Source: Candidatus Poribacteria bacterium (GTDB lineage: Bacteria > Poribacteria > WGA-4E > WGA-3G). Taken from it: 64,000 nucleotides of DNA. This document shows, piece after piece, positions 48,477 to 56,891 of the stretch; positions within the stretch are counted from its first letter, which is position 1, and each line of letters starts with the position of its first letter. A program made the position numbers and the translations under genes. The notes beneath the pieces were generated by a model. That model ran no database searches. It had not been told where the DNA came from and was given only the letters and a program-made list of their open reading frames with translations. The DNA lies in NCBI GenBank assembly GCA_003635195.1, contig PYIY01000190.1, positions 8,919-72,918 on the forward strand, given 5' to 3'.

Positions 48477-49006
48477 GAGCAAGAGATTCAAAACGGTTGG
48501 TGATTGATGCTGATGTTGCCCGAGCCTCCGGTAGTGAAACAACAACCCATCCACGCGCCGAACATTGTCGTGATTTTCTAAACGCAGTTTTGTCGCTAAG
48601 TCACCGCATCGTGATGACAGAGAAAATCAACAACGAATGGAAAAATCACCAATCCCGATTTGCCCGCCGGTGGCGGGTGTCAATGGATGCACGCAAGAGA
48701 ATAAATCGCATTGATCCACCAGAAGATGAAGAACTTCAAGCCAAGGTCACAACTACAACAAATGACGCAGATGAAATTGAAGCACTGCGAAAAGATTTCC
48801 ATCTCCTCCAAGCCGCACTCGTAACAGATCAGACCATCATTTCGCTTGATGAAACTATCCGAGGGCTTTTCAAACAAGCATCGCAACAGGTCGGTGAAAT
48901 CCGAAACATTATCTGGGTAAATCCAGATAGGACAACAGAAGAACAACCCATCACTTGGCTCCAAAACGGCGCATCCCCTGAACCCCATCGTCAACTTTCC
49001 GCTTGA
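48473..49006 (+). CDS. PIN-like putative nuclease (177 aa)
   Basis: The TTG start overlaps the ATPase stop by 4 nt. LVIDADVA (D12/D14), E50, KDFHLLQAAL (D108) and IISLDE (D126) are spaced like the four acidic residues of PIN domains. This is my inference from pattern only. Confidence 0.5.
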   Translation: MRARDSKRLVIDADVARASGSETTTHPRAEHCRDFLNAVLSLSHRIVMTEKINNEWKNHQSRFARRWRVSMDARKRINRIDPPEDEELQAKVTTTTNDADEIEALRKDFHLLQAALVTDQTIISLDETIRGLFKQASQQVGEIRNIIWVNPDRTTEEQPITWLQNGASPEPHRQLSA

Positions 49007-49040
49007 TACAATATTCGTTATGAGTATCGCGAGCGACAAG

Positions 49041-49152
49041 AAATCCGCAGAAATCCGCAGAAACACCCAAGCAATACGCAGAATACGCAGAAACACCCAA
49101 GCAAAAACACCCAAGCAAAAACACCCCTATCAAAGACACCAAGCAAAAACAC
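49041..49152 (-). repeat. right inverted repeat array of the island
   Basis: aaatccgcagaaatccgcagaaacacccaagcaatacgcagaatacgcag...aagcaaaaacac. Its reverse complement matches 45006-45150, including a perfect 61-nt stretch. Confidence 0.85.
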
Positions 49153-49263
49153 TCGCTTCTACAAAGGATACTGGTACGACTGAAAACTCTTAAAAATCCG
49201 CGTCATCCGCGATAATCCGCGATTTGCGGCGTACTCGCCCAAATGCGATCTGCATTCAGACAA

Positions 49264-50136
49264 TCATCCCCGCCAATTTAGATCAATACTGGTATACCCG
49301 TGTGTATATTGCTGAAAATGTAATGGTAAATCCGCTAAGAACTGCCTACCGTCGTCTGGGATCTCCCACGGAATATCAATATGGTGAGTCCGACTCCGAA
49401 AACCGATCGCACACGACAACCGTATCTCATCAATCTGGTTCGGGAATGCGCCGTGATACGTCCGATGCGCAAACACAATCATATCCCCTGGATTCGTAAA
49501 GAGCGGCACCAACCCCGGAATATCAAAACCGACGTATGCCTTTTCTTCTTCACCCGCCTTATAGAAGGAACGCCTGTCCGCTGTCATCTTGAAACCTTCA
49601 GGTCCTTCCCAATTCTCTACATGAGAATCTTCAATCACGCACAGACCACCGTGTTCCGGACGAGAACCGGTCAAGTAAAACCATTTGCCTGAGGGCCACA
49701 AACCACGATTCAGCACATCGCCCGAATTCTTTGGCGCGTCCGTTGAAAACCCACACCAATCCGTATGCCACGCGACAGGTTGGGATCCGGGCATCCGAAT
49801 GATAGCAGCAGAGCGGTGGACAGTCATCTCGTCTGTGCCAATCAGATGGCGGTGGATTTTCATAAAAGGTGCGTATCCGAGCAGCTGCCAAGCCCCCGGT
49901 CCAGACTCCACCCAAGCGTGTCGAGTACGACTCTGCCCGTGTTCCAATTCTCCGTTTGGATCTGTGCCATCAAAAACCGCCTGTTTGAGACTGTCCACTA
50001 ACTCAGGAGGCAGAACATCTTTAACAATCGCGAAACCGTGCGCCTCCAAGCATTCGGACATCTGAGAAAGTTGATCCACCTCAAATTCATAAGTATAACT
50101 AAGTTCCGGTTTCTGAATCTCTAAATATTCCTTCAT
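49264..50136 (-). CDS. phytanoyl-CoA dioxygenase (PhyH) family Fe(II)/2OG oxygenase
   Basis: Family-typical N-terminus (GFAIVKDVLPPELVDSLK), HTDW (HxD) and a distal His in AHRTYHGAFPN. I prefer the ATG at 50136 (MKEYLEI); the track start is 50154. Confidence 0.75.
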   Translation of the reverse strand: MKEYLEIQKPELSYTYEFEVDQLSQMSECLEAHGFAIVKDVLPPELVDSLKQAVFDGTDPNGELEHGQSRTRHAWVESGPGAWQLLGYAPFMKIHRHLIGTDEMTVHRSAAIIRMPGSQPVAWHTDWCGFSTDAPKNSGDVLNRGLWPSGKWFYLTGSRPEHGGLCVIEDSHVENWEGPEGFKMTADRRSFYKAGEEEKAYVGFDIPGLVPLFTNPGDMIVFAHRTYHGAFPNQIDEIRLSCAIGFRSRTHHIDIPWEIPDDGRQFLADLPLHFQQYTHGYTSIDLNWRG

Positions 50137-50346
50137 AAGTGACACCCCAAGCATTTTGTCAGTTATAGTCGCCTACTGTAAATGTTGCGTGTTAGCATCT
50201 TAGCAAACATTCGTTATCACGTCAATTTCAAATTCTTCGCCGTAGGTTATATCCTTGCACTAATTACTAAGTTTTGCTAAAATAATACTACTAACGCTTA
50301 GACACTTTCACAAGGCAACGACAGCACTTTACTTAGGACCCCAGAA

Positions 50347-50982
50347 GTGATACCGTCAATCCAAAGCATCACACAGACAGACACAAATTACCCAAAAAGG
50401 TTAAAAAAATATCTAAAAGCAGACACTCCAGAAACGATCTGGACCCGCGGGAATATCAACTTGTTACCGGGACAAAACACCGGTTTAAACGGAGATCTTT
50501 GGGCACTCTTCTGCTCCAGCAAATGTCCCGGGGAAATTATTTTGAAGGCGCACAACTTGGCACAGACATTCAAAGAAAGAGAAATCCCAACGATCGGAGG
50601 CTATCACTCGCCAATTGAAAAAGAATGTCTACGCGTCTTACTACGCGGTGTACAACCGGTCCTCTTATGTCCGGCACGAAGCATTGAAAATATGCGGCTA
50701 AAACCGGCATGGAAAGATGCCCTATCCCAAGAACGACTATTAATCTTATCTACTTTTGGGAGTCAGCATCGGCGATCAACAGCGACGTTGGCGAACCAAC
50801 GCAACGCCTTCGTTGCAGCACTTGCAGACAAAATCTGCATCGCGCATGCTGCTGAAGGCAGCAAAACTTTAGAATTCGCACAAGTGATAGTAGCGTGGGG
50901 TAAACCTGTTTTCACCTTTGAGACACCAGCAAACGATGCCCTCTTTCAACTTGGGGCACAACCCCTACTCGGAGGAACATAA
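50347..50982 (+). CDS. divergent DprA/Smf-like Rossmann (SLOG) domain protein
   Basis: YPKRLKKYLKADTPETIWTRGN parallels DprA YP..L..i.dPP..L...G. The later pattern IGGYHSPIEKE...LLCPARS...LILSTF...NQRNAFVAALAD...AAEGSKT follows the DprA Rossmann core. There is no SAM-like N-domain or C-terminal WH. Confidence 0.55.
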   Translation: MIPSIQSITQTDTNYPKRLKKYLKADTPETIWTRGNINLLPGQNTGLNGDLWALFCSSKCPGEIILKAHNLAQTFKEREIPTIGGYHSPIEKECLRVLLRGVQPVLLCPARSIENMRLKPAWKDALSQERLLILSTFGSQHRRSTATLANQRNAFVAALADKICIAHAAEGSKTLEFAQVIVAWGKPVFTFETPANDALFQLGAQPLLGGT

Positions 50983-51884
50983 TGGCGAAAACCGTTTTTG
51001 TAGGAGATCATGAACTGACCTTCCCAGGTCCACACCTCGGTGTGCTTCGGGACTGTAACGCTGTGCTTGACTCAGCAGAAGGCTTGCATAACCAGATAGC
51101 AGAAGACGGGTATCTGCTCGTTCGTGGCTTAATTGATAAAGAAAAGATTATCGCGGGGCGCCGGGCTATCTTGGAATACGCTAATGGAAATGGAAAAGAC
51201 GACGTTTTCAAACCCGACACCGACATAATGGAGGCAATCGCTGGTGCCGGGAGTCCCGGACGAACGATGGGCACACCCGCTGTTACACACCATCCAGATG
51301 TCCAGTCCGTATTGGAAGGCGACGAACTCTTCAAATTCTTCCGAAACTTTTTTGGTGGCGATACCCGGACGTTTGATTACAAATGGCTCCGATTCGTCCG
51401 TCCTGACGGTTGGTCGGGTCCGCATTTCGATTTCGTCTATATGGGCAGAGGTTCAAAGCAGTTGCATACCTGTTGGGTCCCGTTCGGCGATGTGCCTGCA
51501 ACAATGGGGACATTGACTGTCTTGGTCGGGTCACATAACCTACCCAGTTTCGCACGGATTCGGGATACCTACGGTAAAACAGATGTTGATAAAGACGGCA
51601 CACCTGGGCATTTCGGACGCGACCCGATGGAAATCAGCGATAAATACGGTGGTGAGTGGAAAACAGCCGATTTTGAGATGGGGGATGTCATCATCTTCAC
51701 GATGCACACGATGCACACCTCTACCAAGAACCTGTCAGATCGGTGGCGTATCAGTTGCGACATCCGTTTCCAACCGGCAGAGCATCCGATCGATGAACGG
51801 TGGGTCGGCAAAAACCCCATTTCTCACACCGGAAGCCAGAAGATCTCATTTGAGGAAGCGAAGAAGCAGTGGGGATTGGAATAA
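50982..51884 (+). CDS. phytanoyl-CoA dioxygenase (PhyH) family Fe(II)/2OG oxygenase
   Basis: DGYLLVRGLIDKEKI, PHFDF (HxD) and MHTMHTSTKN...R. The ATG overlaps the upstream TAA by 1 nt (TAATG). Confidence 0.8.
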   Translation: MAKTVFVGDHELTFPGPHLGVLRDCNAVLDSAEGLHNQIAEDGYLLVRGLIDKEKIIAGRRAILEYANGNGKDDVFKPDTDIMEAIAGAGSPGRTMGTPAVTHHPDVQSVLEGDELFKFFRNFFGGDTRTFDYKWLRFVRPDGWSGPHFDFVYMGRGSKQLHTCWVPFGDVPATMGTLTVLVGSHNLPSFARIRDTYGKTDVDKDGTPGHFGRDPMEISDKYGGEWKTADFEMGDVIIFTMHTMHTSTKNLSDRWRISCDIRFQPAEHPIDERWVGKNPISHTGSQKISFEEAKKQWGLE

Positions 51885-51899
51885 TCCGCATACTTAAGC

Positions 51900-51971
51900 G
51901 GGATATGTGTATTTTTTCGTAATTTCTATATATATTGGAATGTATATGCATAGTTTGTATACATATACACC
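51900..51971 (+). repeat. diverged third copy of the 72-nt Fic-flanking repeat
   Basis: gggatatgtgtattttttcgtaatttctatatatattggaatgtatatgcatagtttgtatacatatacacc aligns without gaps to 53124-53195, with 15 mismatches in 72 by my count. Confidence 0.7.
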
Positions 51972-52014
51972 TCAATACGTGATTTCCACTTCTTCCCGTG
52001 GTTTTGCCAGAAGT

Positions 52015-53100
52015 TTATTCTGATAATAATTCCATAAGGTCTCTATTGATGTAGTAGTACTCCCGTCCTATTTTCACTCGCTCAAGCAAACCGAGTGCTA
52101 CGATTTCGTTCAAGTACCTTGTAGCTGTAATGCGACTACACGCCAGTTCTCTCTCAACGATGCTGATTTTGCAGTAGGGCCACTTGAAAAGTAGATCGAC
52201 AAACCCTTCGCGCTCAACGGCTTTCGCTCTGCCGCTCGCTTTTATCATGAAGTTATTGATAAGACGATTAATTGCCTCTATTTTTCCTGCGGTGTCTCGC
52301 GAGGTTTGTTCCACTGCTTCCAAGATGTAGAGAATCCACTGATGCCAACTTCCGTTTTCCGTGACTTCACGAAGATAGCGATAATACGCATCCCGATTTT
52401 GGATAAGAAAACGACTGAGGTAAAGTATTGGGACATCAAGTAGTCCTTGATATACCAGATAGAGAATGTTGAGTATACGTCCTGTTCGTCCATTGCCATC
52501 CCTGAACGGGTGTATTGCCTCAAACTGGTAGTGCATTACGGCCATTTTGACAAGCGGTTCAAATTCATCAGTCTTATCATTAATGAATCGCTCAAGGTTC
52601 GTTAACAATCTGATAAGGTTTCCGTATCCGGTTGGAGGTCTGTAAATAAGCTGCTGTGTTGCTCGGTTTTCAATCACTACCGGACCGCTACGCACTTTCA
52701 TTTTTTCGTCAAAGATACGTGAGCAGATCTGCTCAAAGAGTTGTATGTCCAGAGTTGAACCTTCTCGGATGCTCCTGACCCCTTCCCACAATGCCTCGCG
52801 GTAGTGTAGTACTTCTTTGGTGTTGGAGTCAACCTGGTTTCTGTCAGATGCTATCGCTCGGTACAGATCATCGTTCGTCGTAACGATGTTTTCGATTTCC
52901 GAACTCCTGCGTGCCTCCTGAAGCGGTAGTGTATTTATCAGAACCTCTTCGTTTGGCAACGTCTTCACCAAGGCATTTGCCTTAGAAAGTTCGGTCATCG
53001 CCGATATGCATGCTTTGAGGATGGCACGCGATTCGAGATCTGTAGCCGGAGGAAGTTCAGGGAGATCGTTCCATGGAAGATTTGGATTGAATTGAGGCAT
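52015..53100 (-). CDS. Fic family protein (Fic_N + Fic core + C-terminal wHTH)
   Basis: The canonical Fic motif HPFRDGNGRTGR is present (AIHPFRDGNGRTGRILN). I prefer the ATG at 53100 (MPQFNPNLPW) because the track TTG start at 53145 lies inside the repeat. Confidence 0.9.
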   Translation of the reverse strand: MPQFNPNLPWNDLPELPPATDLESRAILKACISAMTELSKANALVKTLPNEEVLINTLPLQEARRSSEIENIVTTNDDLYRAIASDRNQVDSNTKEVLHYREALWEGVRSIREGSTLDIQLFEQICSRIFDEKMKVRSGPVVIENRATQQLIYRPPTGYGNLIRLLTNLERFINDKTDEFEPLVKMAVMHYQFEAIHPFRDGNGRTGRILNILYLVYQGLLDVPILYLSRFLIQNRDAYYRYLREVTENGSWHQWILYILEAVEQTSRDTAGKIEAINRLINNFMIKASGRAKAVEREGFVDLLFKWPYCKISIVERELACSRITATRYLNEIVALGLLERVKIGREYYYINRDLMELLSE

Positions 53101-53123
53101 TGTTGTCACCAACCTTGATAATT

Positions 53124-53267
53124 GGACATGTATACTTTTTCGCAATTTCTATGCATATCGACATCAATATGTATAATTTGTATACATATACATCCGGACA
53201 TGTATACTTTTTCGCAATTTCTATACATATCGACATCAATATGTATAATTTGTATACATATACATCC
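53124..53267 (+). repeat. two tandem 72-nt AT-rich repeats
   Basis: 53124-53195 and 53196-53267 differ at one base (ctatGcat vs ctatAcat). They contain the palindromic GTATAC/TGTATACA cores. Confidence 0.9.
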
Positions 53268-53294
53268 AATATTTGGTATTTGGCACCCTCACGA

Positions 53295-54470
53295 TTACCC
53301 AAACAACGCACGTCGGATCTGACGCACCGCCTGACGAATCCGATCCTCGTTTTCCACAAGCGCGATACGGATATACCCCTCACCGTTATGCCCAAACCCG
53401 GCACCCGGAGAGACACAGACTTCTGCATCATTCAGAAGCTTCATCGAGAAGTCCAGAGAGTTCAAGTGCCGCCATGTTTCAGGAATAGGCGCCCAAACGA
53501 ACATGGAAGCCTGCGGTTTCGGTACCGCCCATCCGATCCGATTTAATCCTTCCACAAGCACATCGCGGCGTTTCTGATAGATCGCAGCGTTTTCCATCAC
53601 CGTGTCTTCTGGCGTGCGGAGTGCCATGATTGCAGCGACCTGAATCGGTGCGAAAATCCCGTAATCGTAGTAGCCTTTAATCCGAGCGAGTGCCTCGATA
53701 ATATCTCGATTTCCAGCTGCAAACCCGCACCGCCAGCCTGCCATGTTATAGGATTTGGATAAGGAAATAAATTCAATACCCACATCCTTCGCGCCTTTTG
53801 CCTGTAAGAAACTCGGTGCCTTGTAGCCATCAAAAACGATGTCCGCATAAGCCAAATCGTGGACGACAACGATTTCCTGTTGTTTCGCGAACGCCACGAT
53901 CTCCTCAAAAAACCCAAGATCGACAACAGCCCCCGTTGGGTTATGTGGGAAACTTAAGATTAACATCTTCGGCCTCGGCCAAATATCGCGTGTGATCTCA
54001 GTCAGTGAAGGGATAAAATCGTTCTCTTCAGTGAGCGGTATACTCACAACGCTTCCACCTGCAAGCACAACGCTGTATGTATGAATCGGAAACGTCGGAT
54101 TCGGCACCATCGCCAAGTCGCCTTCGTCAATCATGGCTAAAGCGAGATGTCCAAGCCCCTCTTTGGTACCGATGACAGCAATCGCTTCCTCATTCGGGTC
54201 AATGTCAACACCGAACCGGCGTTCATAATGCCAACTGACTTCCCTGCGTAAATTGTAGATGCCGCGCGAGGCGGAGTAACGGTGGTTTCGCATCTCTTGT
54301 GCGGCTTCTGTCAACTTATCAATGATAGGTTGCGGTGTCGGTTGATTCGGGTTACCCATCCCCAAATCTATAATATCTATACCTTGCTGTCGACGTTCGT
54401 GTGTTAACTGTTTTAGCTTACCAAACATGTATGGTGGGAGCCGATTTAAGCGTTTTGAAAATATATTCAT
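53295..54470 (-). CDS. class I/II PLP-dependent aminotransferase (AlaC/aspartate aminotransferase-like)
   Basis: LPPYMFGKL...IIDLGMGNP N-terminus, SLSKSYNMAGWRCG with the PLP lysine context, and RIAL near the C-terminus. Confidence 0.85.
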   Translation of the reverse strand: MNIFSKRLNRLPPYMFGKLKQLTHERRQQGIDIIDLGMGNPNQPTPQPIIDKLTEAAQEMRNHRYSASRGIYNLRREVSWHYERRFGVDIDPNEEAIAVIGTKEGLGHLALAMIDEGDLAMVPNPTFPIHTYSVVLAGGSVVSIPLTEENDFIPSLTEITRDIWPRPKMLILSFPHNPTGAVVDLGFFEEIVAFAKQQEIVVVHDLAYADIVFDGYKAPSFLQAKGAKDVGIEFISLSKSYNMAGWRCGFAAGNRDIIEALARIKGYYDYGIFAPIQVAAIMALRTPEDTVMENAAIYQKRRDVLVEGLNRIGWAVPKPQASMFVWAPIPETWRHLNSLDFSMKLLNDAEVCVSPGAGFGHNGEGYIRIALVENEDRIRQAVRQIRRALFG

Positions 54471-54672
54471 TTTTTAAATTTTGGGTTTTCGCTCATTTTT
54501 TTCCTTCGTCAAAAAATGGTTTCCGATGCGTTTCAACTGATTCTTTTCCATAAGGTCGTGAACATATAGAAGCCACGATCGCAATCCTCGTTTTTATCAA
54601 ATTGAAAACCGTTTTCTGACAGACAAAGGTAAGGAAACGAACAGAAATTATTTATGTTAACGAATTGATTTA

Positions 54673-56103
54673 CTATATCCTATCCATTATGCTCCAATAT
54701 GACCGTAATCGGTCACCCCAATTCGATATTATCCGTTTCGGACTTGGATGCACCATTTCCTGCCGGTGGAGTTTGGCTTCTTGGGCAAGCAGTTTATCTT
54801 GGCATGTTTTGACAACTTCACTGTAAGCTGCGTCGCCTACAAGATTTTGCGTCTCCCCGGGATCATCGTGCCGATCAAACAGCTGCGCAAGTCCAAACTG
54901 TGCAGCATCTGGTCCGGGAGGCAGGAAATCCTCCGTTGTCTTTGGTTTATATTCTGTAACGTATTTATACTGTTCAGTGACAATCGCGCGTCCCCAGTAA
55001 TTGCTCTCTATGTAGGCATAATCGCGCCACGGGACATCTCGCCCTTCAACAAGCGGACGCACGCTGGTTCCCTGTAACCCTTCTGACACATTGATACCGG
55101 CGTAATCACAAACAGTAGGGAATAGGTCTACACCGGAAACAAAATGCGCTTCATCAAACCGATCTTTCTCTATGGGAATCCCTTCCCCCAAACATGCTAC
55201 GATGAAGGGGACTCGGACGCTCTCTTCGTAAAGCGTGAATTTCTGGAACATCTGATGGCTTCCACACGCCTCGCCGTGATCCGCGCTAAAGAGGATGAGT
55301 GTGTTATGGTGTAAAGATGTTTCCCGCAGCAGCGCGAGCACTCTTCCGATCTCCGCGTCAACCTTTTCGATGAATCTGTAATAATTCCATCTCAAGTAAC
55401 GCCACTGAAGTTCATCCCAATCACGTATCCCTTTAAGGATAGCAGCATGGATAAGCGCGTCATCAACCCTTCGACAGACGCGATGCAGCACCGTCTCCCG
55501 CGCATCGTAATCGAAGTTTTCAGGAAGTGGGGGCAACGCATCTTCCGAAACAATCCCCTGTTCCACTGGGTTCGGAATACGTTTTTCTTCGTGGTTATGC
55601 AGATACTCGCAGACATCATGCGGATCAACATACCCAATCTGGAGATAAAACGGTTCCTCTCCATCATAACTGGTCAAGAAATCTGCAACCGCATGGGTAG
55701 ATGCCGAATCGTAATATGCTGCGCCGCCTGCACCAATATTGCGTTTCCCGTAATAAAGCACCTCGAAACTTTCACGGACATTCCGACCTGGAACGTGCCA
55801 CTTGCCACAGTGGAACGCCTTATAGCCATTTTTGCTGAGCACTTGACCAATATCCGAAATTTCTGGGTGCAGGTATCCACCGTTGAAGGGTACCCCTGTT
55901 TCGGAAGTATACAACCCCGTTGCCCAACTCGAACGGGCAGCGGCACATACCGGATCCGTACAATATGACTGACGAAAGGAGATGCCATTCCTGTGAAGCG
56001 CATCAATATTAGGTGTCCGAAGATACGGGTTTCCGTAAGCAGAGATCGCATCCCACGAGTGTTGGTCAGTGTTGATAAAGAGAATATTCGGACGTTCGCT
56101 CAC
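54673..56103 (-). CDS. sulfatase (alkaline-phosphatase superfamily) with C-A-A-A-R active-site motif
   Basis: PNILFINTDQH, CAAARSSWATG (55933-55947) and FSADHGE motifs. Confidence 0.85.
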   Translation of the reverse strand: MSERPNILFINTDQHSWDAISAYGNPYLRTPNIDALHRNGISFRQSYCTDPVCAAARSSWATGLYTSETGVPFNGGYLHPEISDIGQVLSKNGYKAFHCGKWHVPGRNVRESFEVLYYGKRNIGAGGAAYYDSASTHAVADFLTSYDGEEPFYLQIGYVDPHDVCEYLHNHEEKRIPNPVEQGIVSEDALPPLPENFDYDARETVLHRVCRRVDDALIHAAILKGIRDWDELQWRYLRWNYYRFIEKVDAEIGRVLALLRETSLHHNTLILFSADHGEACGSHQMFQKFTLYEESVRVPFIVACLGEGIPIEKDRFDEAHFVSGVDLFPTVCDYAGINVSEGLQGTSVRPLVEGRDVPWRDYAYIESNYWGRAIVTEQYKYVTEYKPKTTEDFLPPGPDAAQFGLAQLFDRHDDPGETQNLVGDAAYSEVVKTCQDKLLAQEAKLHRQEMVHPSPKRIISNWGDRLRSYWSIMDRI

Positions 56104-56891
56104 GCATCCCCCCTTATCTTCTCTTGCAGCACCAACGTCTCGAAAAAGGTGGAAGCGATGGCAATGTTTCCATCCGCATCAAGCCACCAATACGAAGGCA
56201 AAAGTCCAGCACCATAAAGGTAATACCCCTCAAGTGAGAAAGGTATCTCTATCGACGCAAGGAAACCGATCCTGCTTTTGGGTCTAAGCTGCTCCAAGTC
56301 TTCAAATAGTGTGAGTTCCACTCCGTTGCCTGACGCTCGGATTGTCTGCGCAAGCGCAGGGATTACGTCGAAAAGTGCCCAATTACACGTCAGTTTGATA
56401 GATGCGTCCACTGTTCCAACAACGATTTCAGTCCCGTTAATGCGAAGCTGCACCTCCGAATCTTTAACCAGATACCCTTCACACGTCAATTCGGAATATT
56501 TATCATCGCCACTATTTTGGGCATCAACGCGCCAACTGTCTGTGAGCGGGCGGTAGTGCTCATCACGACAACGGAACCGCATCTGTAGATTCTCGCCGCT
56601 TGTCGTATTCTCATATTGGACAGAATAGTGCCACAGCCCCTCTTGCTTACTGCGTTCAACGATAACTGTCCCGATGCTCAGCGTCTCCTTTGCATCTCCT
56701 CCAGCATAACCGCGCCAATAGTTTGGTAGAATATTGTAGATGTGCGTGATAGCTTGCCCTGTTCGGGTGTCCCGCGCAGCGGTATCCGTGTAACACCTGC
56801 CAAGTGTTCCAATCAATTCCTGTGCAAATTGGGGGGTTTGCGCACCATAATTGTAGTCAAACGACCAGTGATGCTCACCGTTATCATTCAT
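56100..56891 (-). CDS. hypothetical protein (263 aa)
   Basis: The track ORF 56100..57158 is trimmed to the ATG at 56891, which overlaps the nfi TGA (ATGA). Its own stop overlaps the sulfatase ATG by 4 nt. I recognised no motif. Confidence 0.5.
   Translation of the reverse strand: MNDNGEHHWSFDYNYGAQTPQFAQELIGTLGRCYTDTAARDTRTGQAITHIYNILPNYWRGYAGGDAKETLSIGTVIVERSKQEGLWHYSVQYENTTSGENLQMRFRCRDEHYRPLTDSWRVDAQNSGDDKYSELTCEGYLVKDSEVQLRINGTEIVVGTVDASIKLTCNWALFDVIPALAQTIRASGNGVELTLFEDLEQLRPKSRIGFLASIEIPFSLEGYYLYGAGLLPSYWWLDADGNIAIASTFFETLVLQEKIRGDA

Noticed and set aside
53057-53546. Track ORFs 53057..53431 (-), 53100..53546 (+) and 53122..53322 (+).
   Set aside because: They run through the 72-nt AT-rich tandem repeats or antisense to the aminotransferase C-terminus. 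The duplicated peptide segments are a repeat artefact.
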